This document shows, piece after piece, positions 28,901 to 37,627 of a stretch of 64,000 nt of DNA. The notes beneath the pieces were generated by a model that had not been told where the DNA came from, ran no database searches, and worked only from the letters and a program-made list of their open reading frames with translations. The stretch's first letter is position 1. Every line of letters starts with the position of its first letter. Made by a program: the position numbers and the translations under genes. Source of the stretch: a virus (taxonomy: Duplodnaviria; Caudoviricetes); the IMG/VR virus record IMGVR_UViG_3300037454_000334, positions 32,001 to 96,000 of that record; one strand, written 5' to 3'.

Positions 28901-31900
28901 GTGAAGCTGCCGGCACCCGTCGTGGCGGAGCTCTTGCGCTCCGACACCCATTCGAACGGGTTGGCGAGGCTGACGCCGGAGGGGTTGTCGGTCCAGCCGC
29001 TCGGAACGTAGTCGTCCACCGTCCTGTCCTGCGGGTTGGCGGGCGAGCCAGGGTTGTCTTCGGTGCTCGTCAGCTTGTAGACGTACTCCACGCCAGCGCC
29101 GTCCTCGCCCTTCGTGCCGCGAACGGCGGAGACGTGGTAGTGGTCCTCATAGGGGTAGTCCTTGCCGTTGTACCTGTAGCGCTCCGTGTCGGCGTCGTCC
29201 TTCGGCGTGGAGTAGAGCGTTCTCGTCCAGTTCCACTGGTAGGGCAGTGCCTCGCTCGGGGCGCGCTCGTACTTCTCGTCACCCCAGACCTGGACGTCGT
29301 CGAAGCCACTGGTGGGGATGACGCCGTAGGTGTTCTTGTCGTTGATGTCGGATGGCACGAGGATGCTGCTGCTGACGGGCGTCTGGCTCGATGACAGGGC
29401 GTAGAGCTCTATCACGCCGGCGATGCCGCGCGAGGCGTCGCCGATGCAGACGGGCTTGGTGGCGTACTCGGTGCCCATGCCGTCGACCCTCTGCTCAAAG
29501 TTCCACAGGTACCTGTCGGCGCTGCCCTCCTGGAAAGCGGGCCGCGAGGTCTTCCACAGCGTGGTGTTGATGTTCGGCTTCGACGCGGTGGCTGCCGCCA
29601 GCCTCCAGTTCTCGGCGGCCGGGTCGGAGGCGTTGTACCAGCGGATGCCGCACTGGTCGTAGGTCGTGCCGCCGAAGGCCGTGGCGAAGTCGGCGCTGCT
29701 GCGCAGGCAGTAGTACTCCTCCTGTCCGATCTGGCCGTCCTGGCCGATGCGCGAGCAGCGGTAGTTCACCAGGTCCGGCACGATCTTCGGCGTGCCGTCG
29801 TCGTTCCAGGCCTCGTACTTGACGACGGTCTTCTCCCACACGTTCCATCCCTGCATCTGGCCGACGCCGCCGTTGGCGGTGGCCGCCTCGCCGAAGGTGT
29901 TGTACCACTTCGCCTGCGTGCCGGCACGGTCCCAGCCGGAGTCGCCGGGCTTGGGGTAGGTGTCCGTCGAGGCGTTGACGACCAGCTCGGTGTTGCTCGT
30001 GGCGAGGTAGTAGGAGTCGATCTCCTCGATGCCGTCGCCGTCGATGCCCCAGCGGCTGACGCTGTACTCTCGCGTCGGCTCGCGGTCGGGGTCGTTGGGG
30101 TCGTCGTAGTATATCGTCGTGCGCGTCCACAGGTACTTGCCCATGCTCACGCCGGTGGCGGCGATGGTGGCCTTCCAGTCCGCAGAGTCGTCCGCCGGGT
30201 GGTTCAGGCCGTCCAGCGAGGCGGCGTAGTGGATCTTGCTGTCGACGATCTCCGTACCCTTGGAAACCTCCCTGAGCCACAGGTCGTTGTCCTTGGACGG
30301 CTCGCTGTAGGTATAGAGCCTTATCTTATAGACCGTCTGCCCGCCGACCTTTCCCGTGGCGTAGTAGTGGTCGGTGCCCGTGACGACCTCGTCGTCGGCG
30401 GTGTGGACGGAGTAGGTGAAGTTGCCCTCTCCGTACTCTATGTCCTCGACCTGCCACTGCTGGTATTCCGTGCCGTTGGCCGTCTCCCAGATGTAGTTGT
30501 CGAGGACCTGGCAGAGCCAGATGGAGCCCTTCCACGACACGCGGTCGTACCAATGGTAGCGCGTGTTCGGCGTCCACTCGCTCCTCTCCAGGGGGACGGG
30601 GAACTCATAGCCGGAATCGTCGAGGAGCTTGAATGCCTTCGAGCGGACGAGGAACTGCTCGGGGGACATCTCCCAGACTAGGCAGTTCTCGAACGAGAAG
30701 GTGTGGATGCCACGGTAGCCCTTGATAGCGGGCGGGTGGTTATCTGAGCCGGAGGTATAGAGACTGACGACATTCATGCGCGACTCGTCCGTGCGGTTTC
30801 CGATACATACAATGGTGTCGCCGGCCACGGGGATGCCGCTGCCGCCGTCGCGGAACGAGCGCTTCTCGTTGTCGGTGTAGGCGTGCCGGCGTCCCTGCGA
30901 GTCGGTGTAGTTCCATCCCTCGTAGGGCAGGTCGACAAAGTCGTATGCGTGCCCGTCCTCAAGCTTCTCCGAGCCAACATTAGTCACCAGTCTCCAGTAG
31001 TAGGCGGTCTCAAACGGACCCTCGATTGTTGTGTAGTCCGGCATTGGGGTGGCTGGGTCATCATTAAAGTGGTCCTCTTTCCAGTTGTAAGTGTTCTTAC
31101 GCTTGTTCTGCGAGGAAATAGCCTTGTTGAAGGTCTGGCACCTGGGCTGGTCGCCGACCTTCCACCAGTTGCGTGTGGCGGTGGTGCCGTTGTCGGCGAG
31201 AAGGTAACATCGGAAGTGGTGCACGCGGCTCCACTCGTCGTCGGACAGCTGTCGGCGGATGCGTTTGCGGGCAGCGTAGTTGAACACGCGCCCAAGGAAG
31301 GCGAAGCGCTTCAGCAGGAACGGCACCTTCATCACGGTGTAGCCAAGCGCCTCGTCGTTCTCGTCCATGTACTCCACGCGGTAGATGACGGAGCCTGCGG
31401 GCGAGTAGTGGTTGTTGCCGCCCACAAAGGTCTCCTCACGAATCTCCAGTTCCATGAAGGTGGCCTTCTTGCGCACCTTCAGGAAGTCGATTTCGAGCTC
31501 CGAGCCGCCCTCGCCGTTGTCGTTGGTCAGACGGAAGCCCGAGCCGTCGAGCAGACCGCTCTGGTAGTTATGCGAGCGCAGGTCGTCGATGTAGCCTTTG
31601 ATGGCATCGAGCGTACCCGTCACGTTCAGGTTGTGGATGGTCGCCTGTGCGGCCTCCAGGAAATTGAACACGGCATGGTTGATGGTCTTGATGAAGTCGA
31701 CCGTCCCGTCGGCCAGCAGCTTCCACCACGTGCCGTCGCCACCGGCATCGTAGGCCTCGTCGGAGTTCAGGCGGCCCGTGTCGATAGGTTCCTCCCACTC
31801 ACGGAAGGTATAGCCACTCTCGACGATATGGCCCGAGATGATGCCCTGCAGCCACACATAGTAATAATCCTCGTTGCCCACCTGCTCGCCGGCCTCGTTC

Positions 31901-32214
31901 ATGCCGTAGATGTCGAGTTCCTCGTCAGGGAAGCTGACGATGGCCTCGGTGCCCACCTCCTCGCTGCGGGGGATGGCCACACAGACGTACTTGTGCGTCT
32001 CCGTCGGGAAATAGGTCGGCGAGATACGCAGCGGCCAGTGGCGGTAGTTGTGGCCCGCGTCGTACTCCAGCCCTTCGACACCCTTCACATAGCATAGTAT
32101 CTGTGCGCCTGCGGCGACACTGGCCTGGATATGGTCTGCATCGCCCATCGCATTGAGCTGGATGCTCAGCGCCCGTGGCGAAATCCAATAGTTGTCGGTC
32201 GTTATCTTGGTCAT
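25915..32214 (-). CDS. large tail tip / host-specificity protein (2099 aa)
   Basis: LEIDFLKVRKKATFMELEI motif; repeated GxDG-bounded Trp-rich modules; internal duplication. Confidence 0.85.
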   Translation of the reverse strand: MTKITTDNYWISPRALSIQLNAMGDADHIQASVAAGAQILCYVKGVEGLEYDAGHNYRHWPLRISPTYFPTETHKYVCVAIPRSEEVGTEAIVSFPDEELDIYGMNEAGEQVGNEDYYYVWLQGIISGHIVESGYTFREWEEPIDTGRLNSDEAYDAGGDGTWWKLLADGTVDFIKTINHAVFNFLEAAQATIHNLNVTGTLDAIKGYIDDLRSHNYQSGLLDGSGFRLTNDNGEGGSELEIDFLKVRKKATFMELEIREETFVGGNNHYSPAGSVIYRVEYMDENDEALGYTVMKVPFLLKRFAFLGRVFNYAARKRIRRQLSDDEWSRVHHFRCYLLADNGTTATRNWWKVGDQPRCQTFNKAISSQNKRKNTYNWKEDHFNDDPATPMPDYTTIEGPFETAYYWRLVTNVGSEKLEDGHAYDFVDLPYEGWNYTDSQGRRHAYTDNEKRSFRDGGSGIPVAGDTIVCIGNRTDESRMNVVSLYTSGSDNHPPAIKGYRGIHTFSFENCLVWEMSPEQFLVRSKAFKLLDDSGYEFPVPLERSEWTPNTRYHWYDRVSWKGSIWLCQVLDNYIWETANGTEYQQWQVEDIEYGEGNFTYSVHTADDEVVTGTDHYYATGKVGGQTVYKIRLYTYSEPSKDNDLWLREVSKGTEIVDSKIHYAASLDGLNHPADDSADWKATIAATGVSMGKYLWTRTTIYYDDPNDPDREPTREYSVSRWGIDGDGIEEIDSYYLATSNTELVVNASTDTYPKPGDSGWDRAGTQAKWYNTFGEAATANGGVGQMQGWNVWEKTVVKYEAWNDDGTPKIVPDLVNYRCSRIGQDGQIGQEEYYCLRSSADFATAFGGTTYDQCGIRWYNASDPAAENWRLAAATASKPNINTTLWKTSRPAFQEGSADRYLWNFEQRVDGMGTEYATKPVCIGDASRGIAGVIELYALSSSQTPVSSSILVPSDINDKNTYGVIPTSGFDDVQVWGDEKYERAPSEALPYQWNWTRTLYSTPKDDADTERYRYNGKDYPYEDHYHVSAVRGTKGEDGAGVEYVYKLTSTEDNPGSPANPQDRTVDDYVPSGWTDNPSGVSLANPFEWVSERKSSATTGAGSFTGGHTWGDFSAPRIWSKWGKNGQDGDGMEYVYIRTKTSVAPAIVASADSRTDSRGRTYLDDEYLPLASGGSLSGNVECTDDPAGVSREYPYEWVSKRTKAAPATTGASQGQRQWEKYSGKMALWSHYGDSNIRLDLSNEMDMVQTDANGLVTEERIITTIARLFDGTTEITLKDNKLWTDGGLTPYPKEQEGKGLKLTFKITKNFSMKNALEVKVNYRYPDPDTGTVYTSVITIAPSKGQPIYQLSPSLSALPCTRKADNTLNDPPALSLKVVKVDGASTEELDAIADKLTDLGVIVRYSTSGMPTSASGGSPWPADNSYQAISSVPSVFIAMFNSSGVLLDRETVPVIKDGENGKNVSKLDISNEMDSVLTSSDGKVTLARTVETVVSLYDGSKEVDISAAAVNPSTGKGISVTGGPVTTGQTPVATFTASASGKGKKLSWGFFAGRTMNDSYEIEISYSYNDVVYKAVFTVTAAKMDALYQLSPSHSALPCKRNDDNTLNNPPVLSLKVVKIDGSSSDSKDATSANLSSLGVTVRYSTSKMPASDSSEKDWSALNPANQLQALVSDDNVYLALFKNGAILDRETIPVVRDGSKGDPGDASTVPGPQGPQGVYEEKQYALSAYKTAQDGAMPADCRESDWVSVAPLPSVYKPFVWQRTHTYNPSTGIYTDWSYVRLTGDTGSQGKTGLWYRYLGVWGVDCGPGSNPYVAIENTTTVGYYVKHGASFWMNVKSSGANTTEPDTQTAAGWEQMTSVFEYFMTKVTFADSAYLGSFIINGDWMISQYGKVNGYDSSSYQRFNPNDMSSASAFIPNFAVDGKTGKVYANDFQTNGVGGAFVKINSGSESQSSSETNVTILDTKGLYSRGSQDGFRIIHGSSGVQLERWHKREGWTPFYAGRAIRKISDSAGNVTLDEYDDYVIAGKGTRDIYLPNNPHNGKVITVKNLDDGIYIKVQGSDRIVVDGDYQSETQVPLDDYDRAELVYYDYKWYWSYMGT

Positions 32215-32226
32215 CGGAATTGTGTT

Positions 32227-33240
32227 TTATGAGTTGAACGGGTTGCCCGTGATATCGAGACGCACGGAGAAGGTGACGGTCAGCGCATCGTCCTTGGCTC
32301 GGTCTATGCCCGCGACGGTATCTTCGGGGATGATGTGGCACTGTATCCACAGGCCGTCAATCTTGATCCACGCCGTCTCTGCCATCAGCGCCTCGTGGAG
32401 CCACCACTGCTGCCAGGCTCGGTCGAGCGGTTGGGTCGTGAACTTCCACGTCTCGCGGTCGTTCCTCTTGCGTGACACGCCACGCGATGAATAAAGGAAG
32501 GACTGCTGACGGGCGATGACGTACTCGTGGACGTCGTACTTCGTCTCCGAAGACGGCAGCGAGTGTACTATCGCCGACTCCAGACAGCCGTAGCGGTTGA
32601 CAAAGCGGAACTCATAGACGTCCGGCGTATCTGCAGGCAGACAGTAGACCGACGGGTTGGTGATGGTCGACGGCGTGGTGCCCGAGAGCGTGTACTGACG
32701 GATGGTGAAGGGCGGCTGTGTGCCCTCGGGACGCAGGTAGACCATCCCCGCAAGGGCGATCTCCGGCGTCGCACTGGGTTTGCACGTGCCACGGTACCTG
32801 ATGTCCGACGGATTCGACACCATCCTCTCGCGGTCGCTGAGCGTGCCGGGATAGACCGTACCGCCGTCGTGGGTGGCGATGTGGGTGTTGTGCTCGTCGT
32901 AGGTCTCCCCGCCAATCATATACTCATCCCAGGCACGAAGGGTGTAGGGGATGTACAGCGGGTTGAGCAGCGGCTCGGGCTCGTACTGATAGCCGTCGAG
33001 CACCGAGCGCAAGGCCGACGATATGTCGATGAGCGCCTCCTCGCCGCTCTCGACGGGCTGAGACATCGGGACGACAGTGCTTCTGAGCTCGCCAGACGAC
33101 GAGGTACGCAGCGAGGCCGTCACTTCGAGCACGACGCGGTGGAACACGCAGATGCCGTTGGGGGCGTCGGCCTGCACCGAGTAGAGTATCGGGTTGCCGA
33201 CGTGGTAGGAGCCTGAGTAGTATTTGATGATCTGTGCCAT
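32227..33240 (-). CDS. putative tail protein
   Basis: FRFVNRYGCLES motif; position among tail genes. Confidence 0.7.
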   Translation of the reverse strand: MAQIIKYYSGSYHVGNPILYSVQADAPNGICVFHRVVLEVTASLRTSSSGELRSTVVPMSQPVESGEEALIDISSALRSVLDGYQYEPEPLLNPLYIPYTLRAWDEYMIGGETYDEHNTHIATHDGGTVYPGTLSDRERMVSNPSDIRYRGTCKPSATPEIALAGMVYLRPEGTQPPFTIRQYTLSGTTPSTITNPSVYCLPADTPDVYEFRFVNRYGCLESAIVHSLPSSETKYDVHEYVIARQQSFLYSSRGVSRKRNDRETWKFTTQPLDRAWQQWWLHEALMAETAWIKIDGLWIQCHIIPEDTVAGIDRAKDDALTVTFSVRLDITGNPFNS

Positions 33241-33247
33241 ATTCTAT

Positions 33248-33295
33248 AGGGGTTAGGGGTGAGGGGTTAGGGGTTAGAGTGAGGGGTCAGGGGTT
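33248..33295 (+). repeat. AGGGGTN heptamer tandem repeat
   Basis: Six GGGG tracts in 48 bp of intergenic DNA. Confidence 0.85.
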
Positions 33296-35915
33296 AGAGT
33301 GCGAAGAAGTCGATGGTCACTTCGCCGACGCCCTCGGCCACGGTCAGGTCGTAGTTCATCTTGTCGATGTAACCAATCTTGTCGCCGATGTGGAAGCGCT
33401 GGTGCCAGTGGTTCGGGATGTCAGCCAGCTGCGACACCTCCATCAGACAGTGGATGCGGAACTTCTTGCGGTGGAGCAGGAAGTATATGAACTCCGAGAG
33501 GAACGTGTCGGCCAGACCGCGCATGCGGACACTGCGGTCGGCCACACAGAGCGGCTCGTCTGCCCAGTCGGGCTGCTTGTATGACCGTATCATCAGCGAG
33601 AAGCGCTCACCGCTGCCGATGCCCTCCTCCTCACCATTATAGTCGAAGGTGTTGCCGAACTGGTCCATCGTGTCCGATGCCATCGCGTAGTTGCCGGCGA
33701 TGGTGCGCCAGCGGGCATTGCCGAAGAAGTCGTAGTTGAAGTCGTAGTGCTGTATCTGCGCGTCGCTGCCGCCGCCGCGCATGATGCCGATGGCCAGTCC
33801 CCAGTCGTAGCTCTGCAAGGGCGAGTTGCCGTCCTCGGTCTGCGTGGGGTCGTAACTTTCTATCAGCTGCAACACCTCGGTGACATACACCTCGACGGTC
33901 TCGGTATACAGCGGGTGGTTGATCTTCTGCGTGACGAACTCATGCTCCATATCCTCGTCGACGTAGGCGGCGAGCACGGGCTGTGTCGACCCGCGGTTGA
34001 TCTCGGCATAGGCGTTGACATCATTCCACGACATCGGCTGGAAGTCGGACACCATCTCCTTGATGAAGTCCTCGTTCTCCTTCGAGCAGTCGCCCTCCTC
34101 GATGCCCTTGAACTGTCCCACCTGGAACAGGCGGTGCTCGGAAGCGTTGCCCGTGGTCGACTCCTTCGATATCTTCCATCGGTAGCTGTTGCCCGTCAGA
34201 CGATCTATGTAGACGGTCAGGTTCTCCGTGCGGCGGTCCTTCACGATGTTGATATAGCCCTCGCCGACCTGCGTGCGGCTCTCGGGATAGTCGATATAGT
34301 CGAAGTCTGTGTCGTAGTCACGCTTGCCGGTACGGACATTGCGGCTCTGCTCCGTGCCGTCACTCTCAGCCGAATACTTCACACGGACACCCGTTATCTT
34401 CTCCGACAGCTTGTTCATCGACAGCACCTGGCATGGCAGGTCAATCGCCTCGGCCTGCGAACGGAACACCGAGCGCAGCAGGTAGGCCGTCACCTTGCGG
34501 TGCTCATAGTCGTAGTGGAAGCGGATGCCGAACGAGTTCTCCAGCGACGAAATGATGGTCGAGACGGATGCATCGGGGAAGTTCTCGTTCGTAGCGTACA
34601 TCGTCGACACCCTGGCCTTCATCGTGGCACTCTTGATCCAGCCGTTACACCATATCTTGGAGGCGTGTATCATCGCCGAGCCCTCGGGCACATCGTCGGT
34701 GGTGAACGTCCGTCCGGCAAAGGGGCCGGTCTTCACGGTGTATTCCTCGGGCGTACTCTCCTCGGGCGGCTCTATCTGCAACTGTCCGCCGCAGCCTCGG
34801 TCCTTCAGCCACTGGTTGATGGCCGCCACCGACTCCAGGTGGGCATCCTGCTCAGTCACCTCCGTCTCATATTTGCAATGAGTCGTAAAGAACGCGAGTC
34901 GTCGTAGATCTTCTATCTCCATCAGCGCACTCTTGTCGAAGGTCAGACCCAGGTAATGGAACAGACAGTCCAGGAAATAAAGCACGTAGAAACAGATGCC
35001 AGACTGCGGACGATGGGCGTCGAGCACCCAGTAGGGACCGTAGTCCTCGTTGTGCGAGTAGTCCTCGTCGGCACTCATAATCTCATCGGTCGTCTCGCCG
35101 ATGGTACCCACCTTCGTGAACGGCAGGTCCTCCACGGGAATGTCGTCGCAGGCCTTCGACTCGTCGAGCCCGTGGTGGGTATAACAGACGCGGGCATTAC
35201 AATACTGCCAGCCGCTGCCGTAGGGCTCCGACACGTTGATGTAGCTTTGTATCACCTTGGGGACGTTCACCGTGATGCCCTCGGGGTAGGCCTTCACGCC
35301 ACCCGTCTGGTACGATATCTTACCGTCCTTGTTGTAGCCCGCACCAGGCACGGCCTTGCCAGGATACGAGAAACCGAGGGCCTGCGGGTCGAAGGTCATT
35401 GTCGGCTCGATGTCGTACTCCTCATGCACTGGGAAAGGCAAGCCACCGGACGGGTTGGCACTGATGGTCGTGTCGATAGTCATCTTGATCTTCGACTCCA
35501 CCTGCGTGATCTTCTCGCCGATGGGGATGCGCTCATTATTATATAAAGGAATGTCGCGGCACTCCAGGTCGCCTATCAGGTCACTCAGCGTCTGTGTGCT
35601 CTGGTCGATGTTGAAGGCGAACGAATCCACGAGCTCCTCGTCCTCCTGTATCGAGAGTACGCCACTGCGCAGCGGCATGCCCTCGGCACGTATCAGTGCG
35701 GGCAGGTGCTCCAGCGATATGGGTCGCAGGTCGCTCTGTGCGTCGTCGACGTTCTGGAAGATGTGGCGGTTGCCATCCATCGGTGCCGTTACCGGATCGG
35801 AATGCATGGCGATGGTGTCGTTGAAGAGCGGGTTGCTCTCCTCGATGCTCATCGAGAAGTCCCCTGGCAGCACCAACGGCTTCTTATTAATTTCAATATC
35901 AATATGACTGTTCAT
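33294..35915 (-). CDS. putative tail/baseplate hub protein (873 aa)
   Basis: SIEESNPLFND N-terminus, NFPDASVSTII..L.NSFG motif; first gene of the tail unit. Confidence 0.72.
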   Translation of the reverse strand: MNSHIDIEINKKPLVLPGDFSMSIEESNPLFNDTIAMHSDPVTAPMDGNRHIFQNVDDAQSDLRPISLEHLPALIRAEGMPLRSGVLSIQEDEELVDSFAFNIDQSTQTLSDLIGDLECRDIPLYNNERIPIGEKITQVESKIKMTIDTTISANPSGGLPFPVHEEYDIEPTMTFDPQALGFSYPGKAVPGAGYNKDGKISYQTGGVKAYPEGITVNVPKVIQSYINVSEPYGSGWQYCNARVCYTHHGLDESKACDDIPVEDLPFTKVGTIGETTDEIMSADEDYSHNEDYGPYWVLDAHRPQSGICFYVLYFLDCLFHYLGLTFDKSALMEIEDLRRLAFFTTHCKYETEVTEQDAHLESVAAINQWLKDRGCGGQLQIEPPEESTPEEYTVKTGPFAGRTFTTDDVPEGSAMIHASKIWCNGWIKSATMKARVSTMYATNENFPDASVSTIISSLENSFGIRFHYDYEHRKVTAYLLRSVFRSQAEAIDLPCQVLSMNKLSEKITGVRVKYSAESDGTEQSRNVRTGKRDYDTDFDYIDYPESRTQVGEGYINIVKDRRTENLTVYIDRLTGNSYRWKISKESTTGNASEHRLFQVGQFKGIEEGDCSKENEDFIKEMVSDFQPMSWNDVNAYAEINRGSTQPVLAAYVDEDMEHEFVTQKINHPLYTETVEVYVTEVLQLIESYDPTQTEDGNSPLQSYDWGLAIGIMRGGGSDAQIQHYDFNYDFFGNARWRTIAGNYAMASDTMDQFGNTFDYNGEEEGIGSGERFSLMIRSYKQPDWADEPLCVADRSVRMRGLADTFLSEFIYFLLHRKKFRIHCLMEVSQLADIPNHWHQRFHIGDKIGYIDKMNYDLTVAEGVGEVTIDFFAL

Positions 35916-35937
35916 ACTTTGTCGTTTTATCTATCGA

Positions 35938-35971
35938 CAAAGTTAAATTCGGCTTAAACCAAAAGTGGGAC
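35938..35971 (-). promoter_or_regulatory. GTCCC-N21-TAACTTTG promoter
   Basis: Motif match. Confidence 0.75.
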
Positions 35972-36030
35972 ATAGACACAAAAATCCCCACCAACATTGG
36001 CGGGGATTCCTGTGTCCTGAAGCAGGGGAC

Positions 36031-36207
36031 TTACTCCTCCGGCTTCACCAGCATGTTACAAATCTCAATGATGGCGGCACCGGCGGCAACGATGGCCGAG
36101 TTGATGACCGTTGCGTTCTCGGGACTTGTGTAAGTCACGATGGCGACACCTGCCGTCTGCAGGGCGCCGACGATTCCTGATACCAGGGCAAACACTTTCT
36201 TGCTCAT
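36031..36207 (-). CDS. 58-aa 2-TM holin-like protein (not in ORF track)
   Basis: MSKKVFALVSGIVGALQTAGVAIVTYTSPENATVINSAIVAAGAAIIEICNMLVKPEE; own promoter and downstream hairpin. Confidence 0.7.
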   Translation of the reverse strand: MSKKVFALVSGIVGALQTAGVAIVTYTSPENATVINSAIVAAGAAIIEICNMLVKPEE

Positions 36208-36265
36208 AACCTTTTTGTATTAAACATTAAACATCGAATGCGCCTATACGCATTGCTTACAGATG

Positions 36266-36298
36266 CAAAGATAAGCCATAGAAATTCCATTTTGGGAC
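36266..36298 (-). promoter_or_regulatory. GTCCC-N20-TATCTTTG promoter
   Basis: Motif match. Confidence 0.7.
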
Positions 36299-36300
36299 TT

Positions 36301-36873
36301 TTAGAACGGCAGATCATCTTGCTCCTGTTGCGGTGGGAACGGCTGGCCTTCCTGCGGGTTCCATCCTCGGGCTCCCTGCGCCGGTGCTGCATTGGCGGGT
36401 GCTGCGGTCTGACCATTTCCGCTCTGCTTCTGATGGCAGTACATCGAACCGAGGCGACAGCGCACGGCATCGTACATGGCGTTCTTGAGGTCAGTGTTGT
36501 GCTCGGGGTTTTCAAGGTCTGCGCCAGTCCACTCGGGGTGCTCGGCAACCAGTCGCTTACGGGCGGCTTCGAGTGCCCGCTGACGGAACTCGGGTGAGAA
36601 CGACACTTCCATCTGGTGACTTGGCGGCATGTAGCCCGTCATGTCGTCGCCACTCTGCTCTTTGCGTCGTATGCAGGCCTGACGGAAGCTGTCGTTGGTC
36701 TCGGACATATATACACGGGCATTGGCGTACTTACCGTCCTGCGACAGCTGAATATCGTTGAACGGGATGGGGATGCAGACCCAGGCCATCTGCGGGCGCT
36801 GCTGGTCGAGGTTGGTAAACACTTGGGCTCCCTTGAAGCCCATCAGATTCATTGTTCCACTGAAATTTGCCAT
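36301..36873 (-). CDS. putative single-stranded DNA-binding protein
   Basis: Low-complexity linker and terminal DDLPF clamp/SSB-type tail. Confidence 0.6.
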   Translation of the reverse strand: MANFSGTMNLMGFKGAQVFTNLDQQRPQMAWVCIPIPFNDIQLSQDGKYANARVYMSETNDSFRQACIRRKEQSGDDMTGYMPPSHQMEVSFSPEFRQRALEAARKRLVAEHPEWTGADLENPEHNTDLKNAMYDAVRCRLGSMYCHQKQSGNGQTAAPANAAPAQGARGWNPQEGQPFPPQQEQDDLPF

Positions 36874-36921
36874 TTTGATTAAGTTTTAATTGTTTATACT
36901 ATTGTTTTATTATGATTGTTG

Positions 36922-37257
36922 CTACCGCTTTCTGCGAGCCTGCCTCTGCACCAGACGCTTGGCCTTTTTCTTCTTGGCGTAGTCCTTTGGGAAGGTGTGT
37001 GGTGTGCCGTGACCTTTGCCAAAGCTGCCGTTAAAGGAAGTAGGCTGCTTCTCAAAAATGATTTCAGGCATCTTCAGCATTTCGTGGTTTCTGACGACGC
37101 TCCAATTAAGCGTTTCCTTTTCCTTGTCATCGACAGGAACAAGGACGCATTTTAACTCTTCCTCTAACCCGCGAATGAGGTTTGGAGACATCATTTCATA
37201 ATGCGCTTTGAGAACATACACCTTTGTCGGTTCATGAAGTTCTTCTGTTTTATCCAT
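36922..37257 (-). CDS. hypothetical protein
   Basis: 111-aa ORF with basic tail. Confidence 0.65.
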   Translation of the reverse strand: MDKTEELHEPTKVYVLKAHYEMMSPNLIRGLEEELKCVLVPVDDKEKETLNWSVVRNHEMLKMPEIIFEKQPTSFNGSFGKGHGTPHTFPKDYAKKKKAKRLVQRQARRKR

Positions 37258-37260
37258 TAC

Positions 37261-37461
37261 TTAGTCGCTGTTTTCGATTTCTTCCAATTGTTTGACGGCC
37301 CGGCGGATTCCTTTGCTCACTTCGTCCACCATTTCAAGTAGCGCCTTATAATCTTCAAGTTTCAGATTGCTGTACGGCTCGCCTTTTCGCTTGCACTCCC
37401 AATAAGGCAAATCGCACATGTCTGCCTTAATCGTAATTTCATAGTCTCGTTTGAATGCCAT
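37261..37461 (-). CDS. hypothetical protein
   Basis: 66-aa ORF. Confidence 0.6.
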   Translation of the reverse strand: MAFKRDYEITIKADMCDLPYWECKRKGEPYSNLKLEDYKALLEMVDEVSKGIRRAVKQLEEIENSD

Positions 37462-37500
37462 ATCGCTATATAATTAAAATGTTTCTTGTCGTTTGAAAAA

Positions 37501-37623
37501 AGCGGGGCGCGGAATGGCGCTACCCATCTCTCGGCATTTCCCTGAGTGTCAGCCGTCGCGTTCTCGCTGACGATGGTAAGGTGGGAAATGGTTGTCCGTT
37601 GCGGTCATACCGCACGCCCCGCT
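37501..37623 (-). ncRNA. candidate structured RNA element
   Basis: 9-bp closing stem AGCGGGGCG/CGCCCCGCT, internal hairpins, U-tail on minus. Confidence 0.4.
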
Positions 37624-37627
37624 ATGG

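Noticed and set aside
30883-32097. 404-aa + strand ORF and similar long antisense ORFs (33747..34907, 50023..51060, 54331..55251, 60674..61699)
   Set aside because: Antisense shadows of GC3-biased real genes; no motifs or plausible start context.
37501-37623. Possible tRNA
   Set aside because: No T-loop GTTC or D-loop consensus and no cloverleaf; kept only as a candidate ncRNA.
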